Below are positions 39,290 to 54,021 of a stretch of DNA of 64,000 nt, piece by piece. A program made the position numbers and the translations under genes. Each line of letters begins with the position of its first letter. Positions within the stretch are counted from its first letter, which is position 1. This DNA comes from Heptranchias perlo (Eukaryota): the NCBI RefSeq assembly GCF_035084215.1, contig NW_027138569.1, forward strand, positions 248,001-312,000, in the 5' to 3' direction. A model generated the notes under the pieces. It was not told the origin of the DNA. It did not search any database and saw only the letters and a list, made by a program, of their open reading frames with translations.

Positions 39290-41630
39290 GAAGGAATGGT
39301 TTGACTTATAGGGAGAGGTTAGATAGACTGGGACTTTTGTCCCTGGAGAGTAGGAGGTGATCTTATAGAAGTCTATAAAATAATGAGGGGCATAGATAAG
39401 GTAGATAGTCAAAATCGTTTCCCAAAGGTAGGGGAGTCTATAACGAGGGGACATAGATTTAAGGTGAGAGGGGGGAGATATAAAAGGGTCCAGAGGGGCA
39501 ATTTTTTCACTCAATGGGTGGTGAGTGTCTGAAACGAGCTGCCAGAGGCAGTAGTAGAGGCGGGTAATATTTTGTCTTTTAAAAAGCATTTGGACAGTTA
39601 CATGGGTAAGATGGGTATAGAGGGATATGGGCCAAGTGCAGGCAATTGGGACTAGCTTAGTGGTATAAACTGGGCGACATGGACATGTTGGGCCGAAGGG
39701 CCTGTTTCCATGTTGTAAACTTCTATGATTCTAAGGAACATGCATTTCTGTAGCGCCTTTCACGGCCTCATGATGTCCCAAATTGCTTCACAGCCAATGA
39801 AGTACTTCCTGAAATGTCGTCATTGTTGCATAAGAAACATGTGGATGTTTATATTGCTCAAATCTCAACATTCCGGTTAAGAGACTACGTGGTAATTCAG
39901 TTGGAATTGCATTCCTTAATTTAAATTGAAGGAGGAACATTCAGATTTCAAAAGTGTTCAGTGCAACTTAGATTCATAAAATCATAGAAAGGTTCGAGCA
40001 CAGAAGGTGGCCGTTCGGCTCGTCGTGCCCGCGCCTGTTCTCTGCAAGAGCAATCCAGCGAGCCCCAATCCCCCGCCCTTTCCCCGTAGTCCTGCAAATG
40101 TTTTCCCTTCAAGTACTTATCAAATTCCCTTTTGAAAACCACGATTGAATCTGCCTCCACCACCCACTCAGGCAGTGCATTCCAGATCACAACCACTCGC
40201 TGTGTAAAGAAGTATTTCCTCCTGTCGCCTTTGTTTCTTTTGTAAATCACCTTAATTCTGTGTCCGCTGGTTTTCGAACCTTCCACCAATGGGATCAGTT
40301 TCTCTTTATCGACTCTGTCGAGACCTCACATGATTTTGAACACCGCAATGAAATATCCAATCAACCTTCTCGGCTCTGAGGTGAACAACCCAGCTTCTCC
40401 AGTGTATACAAGTAACTGAAGTCCCTCATCCATGGAATCATTCTTGTAATTCTTTTCTGCACCTCCTCCTAGGCCTTGACATCCTTCCTAAAGTGTGGTC
40501 CCCAGAATTGGACACAATACTCCTGTTGTGGCCGAACTAGTGTTTATTAAAGGTTCATCATAACTTCCTTGAAGTTTAGAGATTCCCGTAGCTGTGGATA
40601 GGATAACACCGGGGTAAACAGAGACAGAGCTAGATACCCAAAATATTACGCATATTGTGGAAACAAGGAAGCCATGTGACCAGGAAACAGAAACTGAGCG
40701 GGAACATTGATAATGGCGGATGGAGATTATCATGGACAGGCCACACTGACCTGCTGGCAGGTTGCCAAATTGGCTGTTGAGGCAGAAAAAATAAGCAAAC
40801 TAGCAGAGGCAAATACAGTCTATGTAAACCAAATTATACAGCAAATCTCACCAAAATATTAACGTCTACAGTTGGGCAAAGAAAGAAGAAGACTGCATAG
40901 ACAACTAAATCATAGAATCGTTACAGCGCAGAAGGAGGCCATTCGGCCCTTCGAGCGTGTGCTGACTCCTTGTAAGAGCAATCCAGTTAGTATCCCCAGC
41001 TCTTTTCCTGTAGCCCTGCATTTTTTTTCTCTTCAAATATTTATCCAGTTCCTTTTTGAAAGTCGCGATTGAATCTGCCTCGACCATTCTTTCAGGCAGT
41101 TCATTCCATATCATAACCACTCGCTGTGTAAAGAAGTTTTTCCTCACTTCATCTTTGGTTCTTTTGCCAATCACCTTAAATCTCTTTCCTCTGTGTCCCG
41201 ACCCTTCTGCCAATGGGAACAGTTTCTCTGTATTTACTTTATCTAAACCGGTCTTAAATTTAAACACTTCTATCAAATCTCGTGTCAACCTTCTCTTGTC
41301 TAATGAAAACAACCCCAGCTTCTCCAGTCTATCCACGTAACTGAAGTCCCTCCTCCCTGGGAACATTCTAGTAAATCTTTTCTGAATGCTTTCTGAGGCC
41401 GTCACATCCATCCTAAAGTGCGATGCCCAGGATTGGGCACAATAATCCAGTTTGTAAAGGCTCATCATAACCTGTTTGATTTTGTACTCTATGCGTGTAT
41501 TTAAAAAAAAAAAACAGGATTCCCTATGCTTTTTAACTGCTTTCTCAACCTGTCCTGCCACCTTCAAAGATTTGAGAACTCATAACTCCAGGTCTTTCTG
41601 TTCCTGCACCACCTTTAGAATTGTACCACT
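39290..41630. mobile_element. Cluster of CR1 3' fragments (39290-39732 +; 39975-40575 -; 40908-41630 -)
   Basis: Peptides FFTQRVVVIWNALP, KRFTRMFPGRRDFSYVDRLEKLGLFSL; ATTCTATG tails. Confidence 0.85.
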
Positions 41631-42069
41631 GGGCAGTGAATCATTATTCCTAATTATCTTTAGCCATTGGGACCGAATTTCCTTGCACGTGCTTCTCTGC
41701 TTGCTTCACACAGTAGAAATTATTATTTGGATTCGGCATCCAAGAACTAGGAATTCCACAGAGCGGAAAGCCAGAGTTAGCAAAATCTTTAAATCATACA
41801 AGAGGCAGTTGGGATTTCTAAGGAAAGGTGAGTTAGGAAAGCAGAAAAGAGGGGAACATTCTGCATCAATATTGCTTTGGATTGATATGGTTATGAACAC
41901 TGTTTTTTTAGGGGTAATCGTTGCACGGGACTGTCCTAATTATAGTGGTAAACATCGGTAAGTTTAGCATTAGTGCCAATATGAACAGAATACTGACCTG
42001 GCACCTGCGGAGTGTGTCAGTGTTGCTGCCACTGGGGCTGGTGATGACATTGCTGATGTCAGTGAGAGA

Positions 42070-45000
42070 GAGTTCAGATATAAGTGAGACAGGAATTTGA
42101 CTCTCCTAACCCACCCTTCCTTAGAAATACAAACTGCCGGTTTTATGATTTCAAGATATTTCTTCCACTGCCCCACCGGAAGACCATTCCCGTGAGTGGT
42201 CATTCTTTGTGGATAGAAGTGCTTTCTTACATCAGTCCTGAACTTGCCTTTTACCCGTTTCCACCTGTTTCTCATTGACCTGCAGTCGTGGTTTAACTTG
42301 AAGTAGAGCTCCAGTTTAATCTTTCTGCGTCCACTAATGCACCTGCCTCCTTTAAAGACGAAATAATCCACCCTTTACTGGACTTTGCTCATAACCCGGC
42401 CCTTGACAGTAGAGATGACCTCAGTGGCCCTTCTTTGCACCGTTCCCAGGGCTTGGACCATTCTGCTGCGCCCCAATAACCCGAACTGAAATCTGTATCC
42501 AAGGCGTGACTTGACCGGGTCACGATATAGAGTCAACGTGACAGTCTTTGAACTGTGCCTTCCTGAGATGGTAATGTAGCCCAGCATTCGGTTTCCTTCA
42601 TAAATATGGTTCTGTTCTCTACTATATTTCAATGGGCCATTGTTCAGCTTTAGCACATGGCTGGAAAGAATCGGCTGGGTACAGAGCAGAAAGGAAAATC
42701 AGGTAGAGAGAATCACACACTGTTATTCTAGTCGGAGGAAAGTCGGACGGGTTCCTTTACCAAGGGACGATTCTTTCCGCCTGATTTTCCTCATTCCACT
42801 AGTGATACCGTAGGCCCAGACCCTGAAGACACAAACCTGCCCCCGACCACCCCCATCTCTCTCAGCTTCTCCCTCACTGAGTTGTGCACCATCAAGTAAG
42901 CATGTTCTGCATTTTCCTTCCAATGTTAATTAGCTGAATTATATTTCATCTGTCGTAGTCCCGCCCACATTAAAATATTATTGAGGTTTTCCTGTAACTC
43001 ACTGGATGTTTCTATTAGTCTCTACACCCCTTCTTTTTTCTGTGATTTGGACCAATTTACATTACTTTTTGAATTGGTGCCACTTATAAAGCTCAGGAAA
43101 TGTAGAAATCTTGACTACCATCCCTGGGGCACTGCGCTCATCTTCTAACCCCGAAATCAGTCCCCAAACTACTACCTGCTGCTTACCCTCATCAAGACAA
43201 TGGCTGACCCATCTCCAGGTTTTATCGATGATAAAAATGGAGAAGAAAACCGAGCCATGTGTAAAACAGGTTGTCGATTCGTTATAACCCGTCTTTCGCC
43301 CGGCAGTGAGTAAATATTGCTCGCCCCCAGTGAAGTTACTACAAATTGTCATCAGGGATAGGGTGACTGAGCACGTGAACAAATATCACCTGCGGCTCTG
43401 TTAATGTAAGTCATGTCGGCCTAATCAAGTTGAATTTTATGAGGAGGTCACTAATAAGGTAGACGTGGGAGTTTCTATCGATATTTTCTGTTTGGACTTC
43501 CAGAAGGCGTTCGATAAGGTTCCACACAGGAGATTATTAGTAAAAATGGGGGCGGACGGAATTGAAGGGAGCTCTTTGACACAGGTTGGAAATTGGATGG
43601 GAGATCGGAGACAGAGAGTGGGGCTAAAGGGTACGTATTTGAATTGACAGGATCTGAGATGTGGTCTTCTCCAATGATCTATCTGTTTCTGGCTTCAACT
43701 TTTCACCATTGTTATTAATGCCTTGGGTGACGGAATAGAAAGTTGTAAATCCATGTTTGCAGATGACACTAATTAGGAGGAGCAGTAAGTAGTGCAGATG
43801 GGAGCAGGGCGTTGAAAAGCGACATAGGTAGAATAAGTGAGTGGGAAAACTGTGACAGATGGAGTTCAATGTGAGCAAGTGGACATAAGAAAGATAAATC
43901 GGAGAATTGTCTAAATCGTGGGAAACTAGGAACTGTAGAAGCGCATAGTGATTTGGGAGTTCAAGTACACCAATCATTAAATGCTGGGGGAGAGTTACAA
44001 GAAATAATCGAAACGGTTGATGAGTTTCGGCTATTTCTCAAGGAGGCTGGAATACAGAGGGGAGCAAGTTACGCCTGGTTGTACAGACCCGTGATGTAAG
44101 TATCGGTGTACCAGGTAGAATAACCATAGTAAGATTTTATAATATATGCCCACATATTAGTACACTTTCTGCAATGGCTATATAAGGTCAGGACTGGAGT
44201 GTTCCAGACAATACCTCATGAACCGTCCATGAGAAGAGGTAAGAAATATACTGCAGAAAGTATATAGTAGATCTCAAATACTGGAGCTCATGGGGACCTT
44301 CAACCCTGAAGGAGTCATTGGTCTGTGAGTATTGGTACCGGTATTTCACATGCACTGCGTTTAAGGGCTAGTGATTTATTATCTGATTGAGTTGATTTAA
44401 TAACAGTTATTAACCAGACGTTTCAGTGTTTCTTAGTCCTCTAAAATATTTCGACTTGTGGGGGAGTCTAAAACTAGGGGTCGTAAATATAATCGTAAAT
44501 CCAACAAGGAATTCGGGAGAAAGTTCGTACTCAAGCAGTGGTGAGAATGTGGAACTCGCTGCCAACGGGAGTGGTTGAGGTGAATAGCATAGATGCATTT
44601 AAGGGGAACCTAGATAAGGATATGAGGGAGTCAGGAATGTATTGATTGGGTGAGATCAAGTGAGGTGCAAGGATGCTCCTGTGGAGCATAAATACCGGCC
44701 GAGACCAATTGGGTCGAATGGCTTGTTTCTGAACTGTACATTCTATGTAATTCTATGTAATAAAGTTCAATATTCCATTAGCCTTTTCGTTGATTTTTGT
44801 ACCCGTTTACTAGGTTTAAATGATTGGTATGCTTGGATTCCCAAATCTCTTTGATCCTCTACAGTTCCTATTCTCTCAATATTTAGAAAATGTTCCGATT
44901 TATCTTTCTTGGTAAACTCCCACTCGCCAACATTGAAATCCACCTGCCATAGTTTTGCCCACTTATTAATCTGTCGTCGTCGCCATGTAACTTTCTGTTC

Positions 45001-48000
45001 TCACCCACACAACTTACTGTCCCTCATCATTAATGTCATCTGCAGATTTGGATATACAACTCCTATTCCTTCATCCAAGTCATTAATAAAGGTGGGGAAA
45101 CGTTGAGGCCCCAGAAAAGATCCCTGAGCCACATCACTTATCAGATCCTGTCAATCTGATTACATGCCTTGGTGAGATACCGCATTGTAAACTCATGGAT
45201 AAGGTCAGAGCATGTGGAGTCAGGGGGCAGGTAGCTGAACGGATTGCAAGTTGGCTACAAAACGGGAAACATAGAATAGGGGTTTAATGTTTACCCCTCA
45301 GGCAGGCAAACGGTGGGAAGTGGTGTTCCACAGGTATCATTACTGGGACAACTGTTGTTCACAATTTGAATTAATGCTTCGAATTCAGGAATCGGGAGTA
45401 CAATTTCAAAATTTACGGACGACATCAAATTGTGGGGTTGTGGATAACACAAATGAAGAATGCGTCAAAATGCAAAAGGACATTAATAAACTCGCGGAAG
45501 GGTGTGCAATTGGCAAATCAATTTCAATATAGATAAGTGTGAGATGATGCATATTGGCAAGAAGAATAAGGAGGCAACATACTGCTTGGACAGTAAGGGT
45601 TTAAATGGGATAGAGGAGCAAAGGGTTGTAGGGGTACAGATACACATATTACTAAATGTAGCCACACAACTTAATAAGGCCATAAAAAGGCAAATAAAGC
45701 ACGAGGGTTTATTCGAGAGGGATAGAATTGTAAAGCAGAGAATTTATGTTAAACTTGTATCGAACCTTAATTAGAACTTGGAGTATTGTGCACATTTCTG
45801 GTCTCCATATTATAAAAAGAATATAGAGGCATTGGAGAAGGTGCAAAAAAAATTCGCAAGAACTATTCAAGAACTGAACAGATATCCTTATCAGGAAAGG
45901 CTGAACAGACTCTCTACAGAAAAAAGGCTGAGGGGTGAACTGATACAGTTCTTTAAGATAATGATGGGGTTTGAAAGAATTGAACAGTAGAAAATGTTTA
46001 CTCTTGTCGGGGAGTCCAAAATTAGAAGACATCAATGTAAAATTGTCATTAATAAATCCAATAGGGAATTCAGGAGTAACTTATTTACCCAAAGAGTGGT
46101 AAGAATGTGGAACGCGCTACCACAAGGAGGAGTTGAGGCATCGATGCATTTAAGGTTAAGCTCGATAAGCACATGGGCGGTAATGGAATAGAAGGGTATC
46201 CAGAAAAGCTTAGATGGATTCGGGAGGGAGGAAGCTCATGTGGAGACTAAGCACCAGCACAGACCAGTTGGACCGAATGGCCTGTTTCTTTGCTGTAATG
46301 TCCATTTAACTCAACTGTACTTGATCAGCGACCGCATGAAAAAAAATATATCGATTATCCAAATGGGGATTACCCTTAACAAAGCCACGCTTGTTCGCCC
46401 AGAACGTCTGATATTTGTTCACGTGCTCATTCATTCTATCCCTAATGAGAGACTCTGGTAACTTTCGCCGTTCCTTCATTGTCGCTGGGTCAAAATCCTG
46501 GAACTCCCTTCCTAACAGCACTGTGGGAGAACCGTCACCACACGGACTGCAGCGGTTCAAGAAGGCGGCTCACCACCACCTTCTCAAGGGCAATTAGGGA
46601 TGGGCAATACATGCCGGCCTTGCCAGCGACGCCCACATCCCGTGAACGAATAAAAAAAAAACTTCTTCACAACTGATGTTAAACTGCAAGCTTTGCAGTT
46701 TCCTGGTATCTCTCTCTCAGCCCTCTGAAATAATGAATTGACATCAGCAATTTCCAATCTATCTGCACAATTACCGAACCAAGAGAGCTTTGAAAGATTA
46801 TGACTAACGCTTCTGCATTCTCCTCACATACTTATTATAATTCCCTGGGCTGGAAAATATCGGGTCCAGGTGATTTATCTGTCCGAAATCCCATTATTAC
46901 CTGCATACCTTTTTTTTTACCAATATTGAATATAATAAGATGCACCTCTTGATTTTTTTTAGTTTTCCTTCTATCACTGATATTTTATTCTCTTCCTGTA
47001 CTGTGAACACGGACACAAAGTGCTCGTTTAATAAATCTGCCATTAACTTGTAACCTATTAGAATATTAGTTCCATCTGTCTTTAATGGCTTACATCTCCC
47101 TTAGTCACATTTTTACTCTGAATATGTTCATACAATCATTTACTATTCGCCTTCATATTACTTGCAAGTTTTTCTATATACCTTTTAACCAGATCTTCAT
47201 ATTTTCTTTGTGTCCTTCTGTTTTTTTTTCCTGTATTGCTCCCAGTCTGCTGGATTACAACCTTTCTGGGCATTGATGTAAGGTTAATATCCTACAACCG
47301 TGTTAGCAGTGAAACGTGCTTCATTAATTGTACAGACCAGCTCAGTCAAGGCAATAAGGAAACATTGAGTTGAAAAGGGGGGGAGGGGTCAGGTGAGAGG
47401 GAATTTAGAAATCTAAATAGATAAGTCAAGGCAATGGAGCAGTGGGGTGATTTGGGTAAAGATAAGCAGAGTGTGACATGAAGGGGTGGAGAGTTTAACG
47501 GTAATAGCGCGACAGCGAATAATGTCAAAGCAGGGAAAATGGTAAAATCTTAAAATTAAAGGCGCTTTATCAGAATACATGAAACATTCGTAACAAGACA
47601 GAGGCTGAGGGGGGACATGATTGAGGTGTACAAAATTATGAGGGGCACAGATAGGATGGATACTAAGGAGCTTTTTCCCTTCGTTGAGGGTTCTATAACA
47701 AGTGGACATAGATTCAAGGTAAAAGGCGGGAGGTTTAGAGGGGATTTGAGAAAGAACTTTTTCACCCAGAGGGTGGTTGGCGTCTGGAACTCACTGCCTG
47801 AAAGGGTTGTGGAGGCAGGAACCCTCACAACATTCAAGAAGCATTTGGATGAGCACTTGAAATGCCATAGCATACAAGGCTACGGACCAAATGCTGGAAT
47901 ATGGGGTTAGAGTAGACAGGGCTGATGGCCGGCGCGGACACGATGGGCCGAAGGGCCTCTATCCGTGCTGTATAACTCTATGACTCTATGACTCTATGAA

Positions 48001-51000
48001 TTAGTGCCGCAAAAAGGGATAAATGGATTTGATCCAATAGCTATTACAGAGACGTGGTTGCAAGGTGTCCAGGGTTGGGAACAAAATTTTCCAGTGGACT
48101 TGACGTTTCGAAAAGACAGGCAGAATGGAAACGGAGGGGTGGGTGTAGCCCTGATAATAAAGGTTGACATAAGGAGAGTGGTGAGAAAGGATCTTGGCTC
48201 AGTAGATCGGGAATTTTAATCAGTATGGGTGGAAATATGAAATAACAAGGGGCAGAAAACATTGTTGGGAATAGTTTATAGGCCCACTAATAGTAGCTAT
48301 ACGTTTGACAGAGGATTAATCAACAAATAAGAGGAACTTGAAACAAAGGGAATGCAATAATCGTGGGGGACTTTAATCTTCATATAGACTGGACAAATCA
48401 AATTGGCAAAGGTAGTCTGGAGGATGAGTTCATGGAATGTATTCGAGACAGTTTGTTAGAACAATACATCATGGAACCAACCAGGGAACAGACTACTTCA
48501 TTACATTCAGATGCGCAGTGGTGTGAAGTGTTTCGGGCTTTGCATTAGTTGTGAAAGTGCCAGTGCAATGTTGGGGGTTAATGTGAAGAGTGCCCTCTGG
48601 GAGGGAGTATGTTTGCAGCGGGTGAGATTGTCAATACATTAAATTAGAGTGGCAAAACCAGCTCCAAATGGCAGCACCAGTCACAGTATAACTGCAGCTC
48701 AATGAGGAGCACGGTTTAAAGATGCCCAATTGTGGAACTCCTGCCCGCTTTATTCAAAAATTACAAAGTATCTAACAGAGGACAGCAGCTCACGCAGTAT
48801 CCTTTTGTCCCTGATTATTGAACAAGATCCAAGCGGCTGTGTCTCTCACTCAGCGAGCTGCAAATCACCCCACACATGGTGATCTGACACTGCTGCCTGT
48901 CGTATCATTGTACTCAGTGACTCCTCCTAGTTTTACTTCCTAAAAGTTATATGAAAACCTCAGTCTATATGTAGCACGGGGCAGACCCGATCTTTGATGT
49001 TGCGGCTCCCTCAAGCACAACAGGTGTTTAATAATTGAGACTGGAACTGAAGAAAATGAGCGGAGCAAACGCCTCCCTGTAACATTCCTCCACTACTTAA
49101 CTGGGGAGCCACACGTTTAAAATAAACTAATCAAAATTTGTGCTAAAATAGCGAACAGAAGAAACGCTTCCCAGTGCTCAAAATGCTGATTCGCAAAAGA
49201 CAACAACACCAAAATCAAGGCCGTGATGTCAGGTGGAATTAATGCTCATGATATCAGCTATCAGAACTCGGACTGAGTTGATATTAGTAATAATCAAAGA
49301 GAGCCAGCATGCAGTTGTAAAGTGTAGTTCACGCAAGAGGAATCTGATTGAATTTGTTGAAGAGGTGTCTAAAATAGTGGACAGGGGAATATCTCTATGA
49401 CGGTTGTTGATATCGACTTCCAGAAGACATTCGACCAAATCCCTCATAAGAGACTGTTAGCTGAAGTTGAAGCTCAGGGAATTGAGGGAAAATTATTGAC
49501 CTGGTTAGGAATTTTTCTGAGGGGCAGGAGACAGACAGTTGGTATAATGGGCAGGTACTCAAATTGGCAGGATGTGACTAGTGGCGTCCCACAGGGATTT
49601 GTGTTGGGGCCTCAGCTGTTCACTGTAATTATCGACGGAAAAAAAGATAGGCAAGATAGCAGTATAGATGGAAGCATAAAATTACAGAGAGTTATTGATG
49701 TATTAAGTGAATGGGCAAAACTGTGGCAAATGGATTTCGTTATAAGCAATTGTGAGGTCATCCACTTTGGACCCAAAAAGAATGGATCAGAGTACTTTCT
49801 AAATAGTTAAAAGCTCGAAATAGTGGAGCTCCAAAGAGACTTCCGGGTACATATGCAGAAATCATTAAAATACAGGAAATAATCAAAAAGTTTAATGGAA
49901 TTCTGGCCCTTATATCTTGACGATTGAATACAAGGCCGGTAGAAGTTATGATGCAGCTGTACTTAGTTCTGGTGAGACCACGCCTGAAGTACTGTGTTCG
50001 GTTCTGGGCAGCGCACCTTAGGCAGGATATATTGGCCAAGGGGGGAGTGCAGCGTAGATTGACTGGAACGATACCTGGACTCCAAGGGTTAAATTTCGAT
50101 GAGAGGTTACACAAACTAGGGTTGTATTACCTGAAATTTAGAATACTAAGGGGTGATTTGATCGAAGATTTCAAGATATTAAGGGGATTTGATAGGATAG
50201 ATAAAGAGGAATTATGTCCGCTGGTTGGGGAGCCGAGGATTCGGGGACATAACATAAAAACTGGACTTTCAGGAATGAAGATAGGAAACGCTTCTACACG
50301 CAAAGGGTGGTTTAAGTTTGGAACTCTCTTCCGCAAACGGCAGTTGATGATTGCTCAATTGTTAATTTTGAATCTGAGATTGACAGATTTTTGTTAACCA
50401 AAGTGATTCAGTGATTTGGGACGAAGGCAGCTCTATGGGGTTACGTCACAGATCAGCCATGATTTCATTGAATGGCTGAACAGGCTGGACGGCGGAAATG
50501 GCCTACTCCTGTTCCTCGGTTCCTATTTTCCTAATTAGATCCTAAATAATTGTCATGCTGTGAATACTGCTTTGGTCCAGTAATACTTTCATGTTGCCAG
50601 GCCAATGAAATTCCAACAAAGTAGGAGGGGGGTGAAAAAAATCTATTTATAACAAATCAAGACGTTAAGAGTGATAACCTCTAGTCGATGACCCATATTT
50701 TGATGACAAAGGTTATGAGTGATAATCTCCAGTCGCTGACCCATATTTTGATGATATGGTTCATGACTGTGGAGTGAATCGAATAACTGGACCCTCGTTC
50801 CAGCGATTATCGATCACAAACAATTTGGATGGTGAAGTCTGGGGAGATCATCGGGGAATTTTCCCGCTCCGGGAGCACGTATCGAAACATTTCCAGTCAG
50901 TGAAGTAATTAAATTCATAGATGACAGTGAGCTCGGAGAGTATTGGAATTAGCTTATGCCGCCAAAATATTACATTGAATGCGCTCCGCGGTCTGCACAT

Positions 51001-52140
51001 AATATATAGAAATATATAAAAGTTGCAACATGGAAACAGACCGTTAGACCCAGCCAGACTGTGTCGCCGATTGCCCTCCAAGCAAACAATTAGTTCTTAT
51101 CACATTTACCCACCCGGTTTCCACCTCGCTAAAACCGCATTCCTGCCTCCACCTGTCCAATCTAATCGTGAATGTTGACATAGAAGATCCTGGCTCAACC
51201 ACGAACCCTGGAAGTGAATTCCACAGCCTGCTGTGTGATGGAGTTTCTCCTGCCCTCTGTTCCAAATCTCTTACTTTTAATCCTTCATCTGTGGGTACTC
51301 GTCTTGATTGCTCAACCATGGAAACAATCTGTTTCTGTCTACCCTGTCCCATTATTCCATCATTGTAAACACTTCTATTATATCGCCCCATAATCGAAGA
51401 TGTTCGAACAAAAAAAAAATGTTTTCAAACTTTGTTAAAATTTATATTTCCTCATACAAAGCAGCATCCTAGTCAGTCTGTGTTGTAATATTCTTCCTAT
51501 AGTGTGGAGCCCAATACTGCACACCGTATTGAAGCAGCATCCCAGTAACTCTGTGTTGCAATATTCTTCCTATAGTGTGGAGCCCAATACTGCACACCGT
51601 ATTGAAGCAGCATCCCAGTCACTCAGTGTTGTAATATTCTTCGGATAGTGTGGAGCCCAATACTGCACACAGTATCCTAACTGAGGTCTTATTAAGATTT
51701 TATAGGCTCATCATCACCTATTGGCTTTCATATTCTCTACATCTTATAATAAACCTAGAATTCCATTAGCTTTTCTCTAGCCTGATCAACATGAGGTGCT
51801 GCCATTAATGTCCTGTGAACCCGTGTCCCCAAATCCCTCTTCTTCCACAGCACTGAGCCTGCTTCCATTCAGAGTATAATTGCGACTGTTTTTCTTTAAA
51901 AAAATGTATCAACTCACACTTGCTGATAATGAATTCCATCTGCCACCATTCGGCCCATTCTCCCATTTTATTAATATCCCTTTGAAGCTTCTTTTGGTCT
52001 CCGAAATAATTATCTGTACTCCTATTTTGGTCTCATGCTCCAATTTCGACACCACTTTCTCGAGGCCTAGATCCCGATCATTGGTATACGTGGTGAATGG
52101 AAGTGTCCCCAGAACCGAATCGTGTGGGATATCACGACCA
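42070..52140. mobile_element. Mosaic of CR1-type LINE fragments in both orientations with short unique spacers
   Basis: LDFQKAFDKVPHRRLL (43465), EYCAHFWSPYYKK (45778), FRGDLRKNFFTQRVVGVWNSLP (47617), IAITETWL (48004), SGVPQGFVLGPQLF (49397), minus-strand fragments 51010-52140. Confidence 0.8.
51459..51672. repeat. 73-bp tandem triplication inside a LINE
   Basis: GCAGCATCC at 51461, 51534, 51607. Confidence 0.88.
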
Positions 52141-53167
52141 ACTTCCAACCCTTCTGAATATTGTGAGCTCTCTGTGGGACATCGCTACCCACTTCCAATC
52201 ACTCTAAATATAGTGAGCTCTCTGAAACGAATTCTGTGGGATATCACCACCCACTTCCAACCACTTTAAATATAGTGAGCTCTCTGAACTGAATTCTGTG
52301 GGATATCACTACACACTCCCTACCACTCTGCATACATTCAGCTCTCTGTGGGATATCACTACTCACTTCCAACTACTCTGAATATAGTGAGGTCTGTGTG
52401 GGATATCACTACCAACTTCCAACCACGCTGAATATAGTTAGCTCTATGAACCGAATTCTGTGGGATATCACGACCCACTTCCAAACCCTCCGAATATAGT
52501 GAGCACTCCGAACCGAATCCTTTGGGGTATCACTACCCACTTCCAAACTTCTGAATATGGTGAGCTCTCTGTGGGACATTGCTACCCACTTCTAACCACT
52601 CTGAATATAGTGCGCTCTCTGAACCGAATCCTGTGGGTTATCACCATCCACTTCCAATCCCTCTGAATATAGTGAGGTCTCTGTGGGACATCGCTACCCA
52701 CATCCAACCACTCTAAATATACTGAGCTCTCTGAACTGAATTCTGTGAGATATCACTACCCACTCCCTACCACTCTGCATATATTGAGCTCTCTGTGGGA
52801 TATCACTACCCACTTCCAACCACTCTGAATATAGTGAGCACTCTGTGGGATATCACTACCCACTTCCAACCACTCTGAATATAGTGAGCACTCTGTGGGA
52901 TATCACTACCCACTTCTAACCACAATGAATATAGTGAGCACTCTGTGGGATATCACTACCCACTTCCAACCCCTCTGAATATAGTGAGCTCTCCGAACCG
53001 AATCCTTTGGGATATCACTACCCACTTCCAACCCCTCTGAATATTGTGAGCTCTCTGTGGGACATCGCTACCCACTTCCAACCACCCTGAATATAGTGAG
53101 CTCTCTTAACTGAATTATGTGGGATATCACCACCCACTTCCAACCCCTCTGAATATGGTGAGCTCCC
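52110..53167. repeat. LINE-derived minisatellite with 50-bp and about 63-bp units
   Basis: Unit TGTGGGATATCACTACCCACTTCCAACCACTCTGAATATAGTGAGC.CTC, some copies with an extra GAACCGAATTC. Confidence 0.9.
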
Positions 53168-53710
53168 TTATTCCTATCTTCTAATCGTTTTTAATCCAGT
53201 TTGCTCTCCTCTCCTTATATCTATACTTCTTATCTTTACATAATTTCCAATGTATTAACTTGTTGAATGCTTCCTTAAAGCCCATGTACATTGCAAACTG
53301 GATTACTAAATGTCAAGAGACCACATCGCAAACCAAACTGCAGGTCTCGTTCTATTAATGCGGCTGATGCGAAGTTTGTCACCGTAAAATATTATAGTGA
53401 TAATTATTTGAGTGTGCGCTTTTTTTCTGCTTTCGCTGTGTTAAACTGCTATTTCAGCGCGGATATTATTATTAATACAGCATTAAAGTGTCACCCAATT
53501 ATTACACTGGGAGAAGTCTGGAAGCACAATTCACATGGATGCGAAAATCCCAACACAGTTCCCATGAAGCGTGTGCTCCACAACTCTACTGACCTCTTCA
53601 TGTTAATTGGATGAAGATTCCTCTAGTGTGACTATGGATATAGGGGACAAGATGCAACACATCACAAACCGCGAGCTGTACTCACTGCGAATGGTCTCTC
53701 ACTCTGCCCT

Positions 53711-53743
53711 ATGCAAATAAGCTCACGCTCTCGCGATTTAAAA
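53711..53743 (+). promoter_or_regulatory. Ig V-gene promoter: octamer ATGCAAAT plus TATA-like ATTTAAAA
   Basis: ATGCAAAT at 53711-53718, ATTTAAAA at 53736-53743, 127 bp upstream of the leader ATG. Confidence 0.8.
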
Positions 53744-53837
53744 GGACGGTGCTCAGATACACACGGTGACACAGCACAGTCGGTGTTGAGGTCTGGAGTT
53801 GGCCATGTTTAAAGTATTCACTGCTGGTGAAGAAACA

Positions 53838-53880
53838 ATGAATATTTTCTGGGTTTCGGTCCTTTTAGCCTGGTTACCGA
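53838..53880 (+). CDS. IgNAR: IgNAR leader exon ([14 protein letters not shown])
   Basis: Matches the IgNAR leader pattern [14 protein letters not shown]; phase-1 donor A|GTAAGT at 53881. Confidence 0.93.
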
Positions 53881-54021
53881 GTAAGTGCAGTATTTTTAAA
53901 GAGATTAAATGTTCATTGGATAAAACTGAGCGGCTGCGTCTAAATTGTGGAAATGTCCTTGATTTTAACTCTTGTATTGTTTCAGAGACGCGATGTATTA
54001 AATATATTTTTCTTCATTCAG

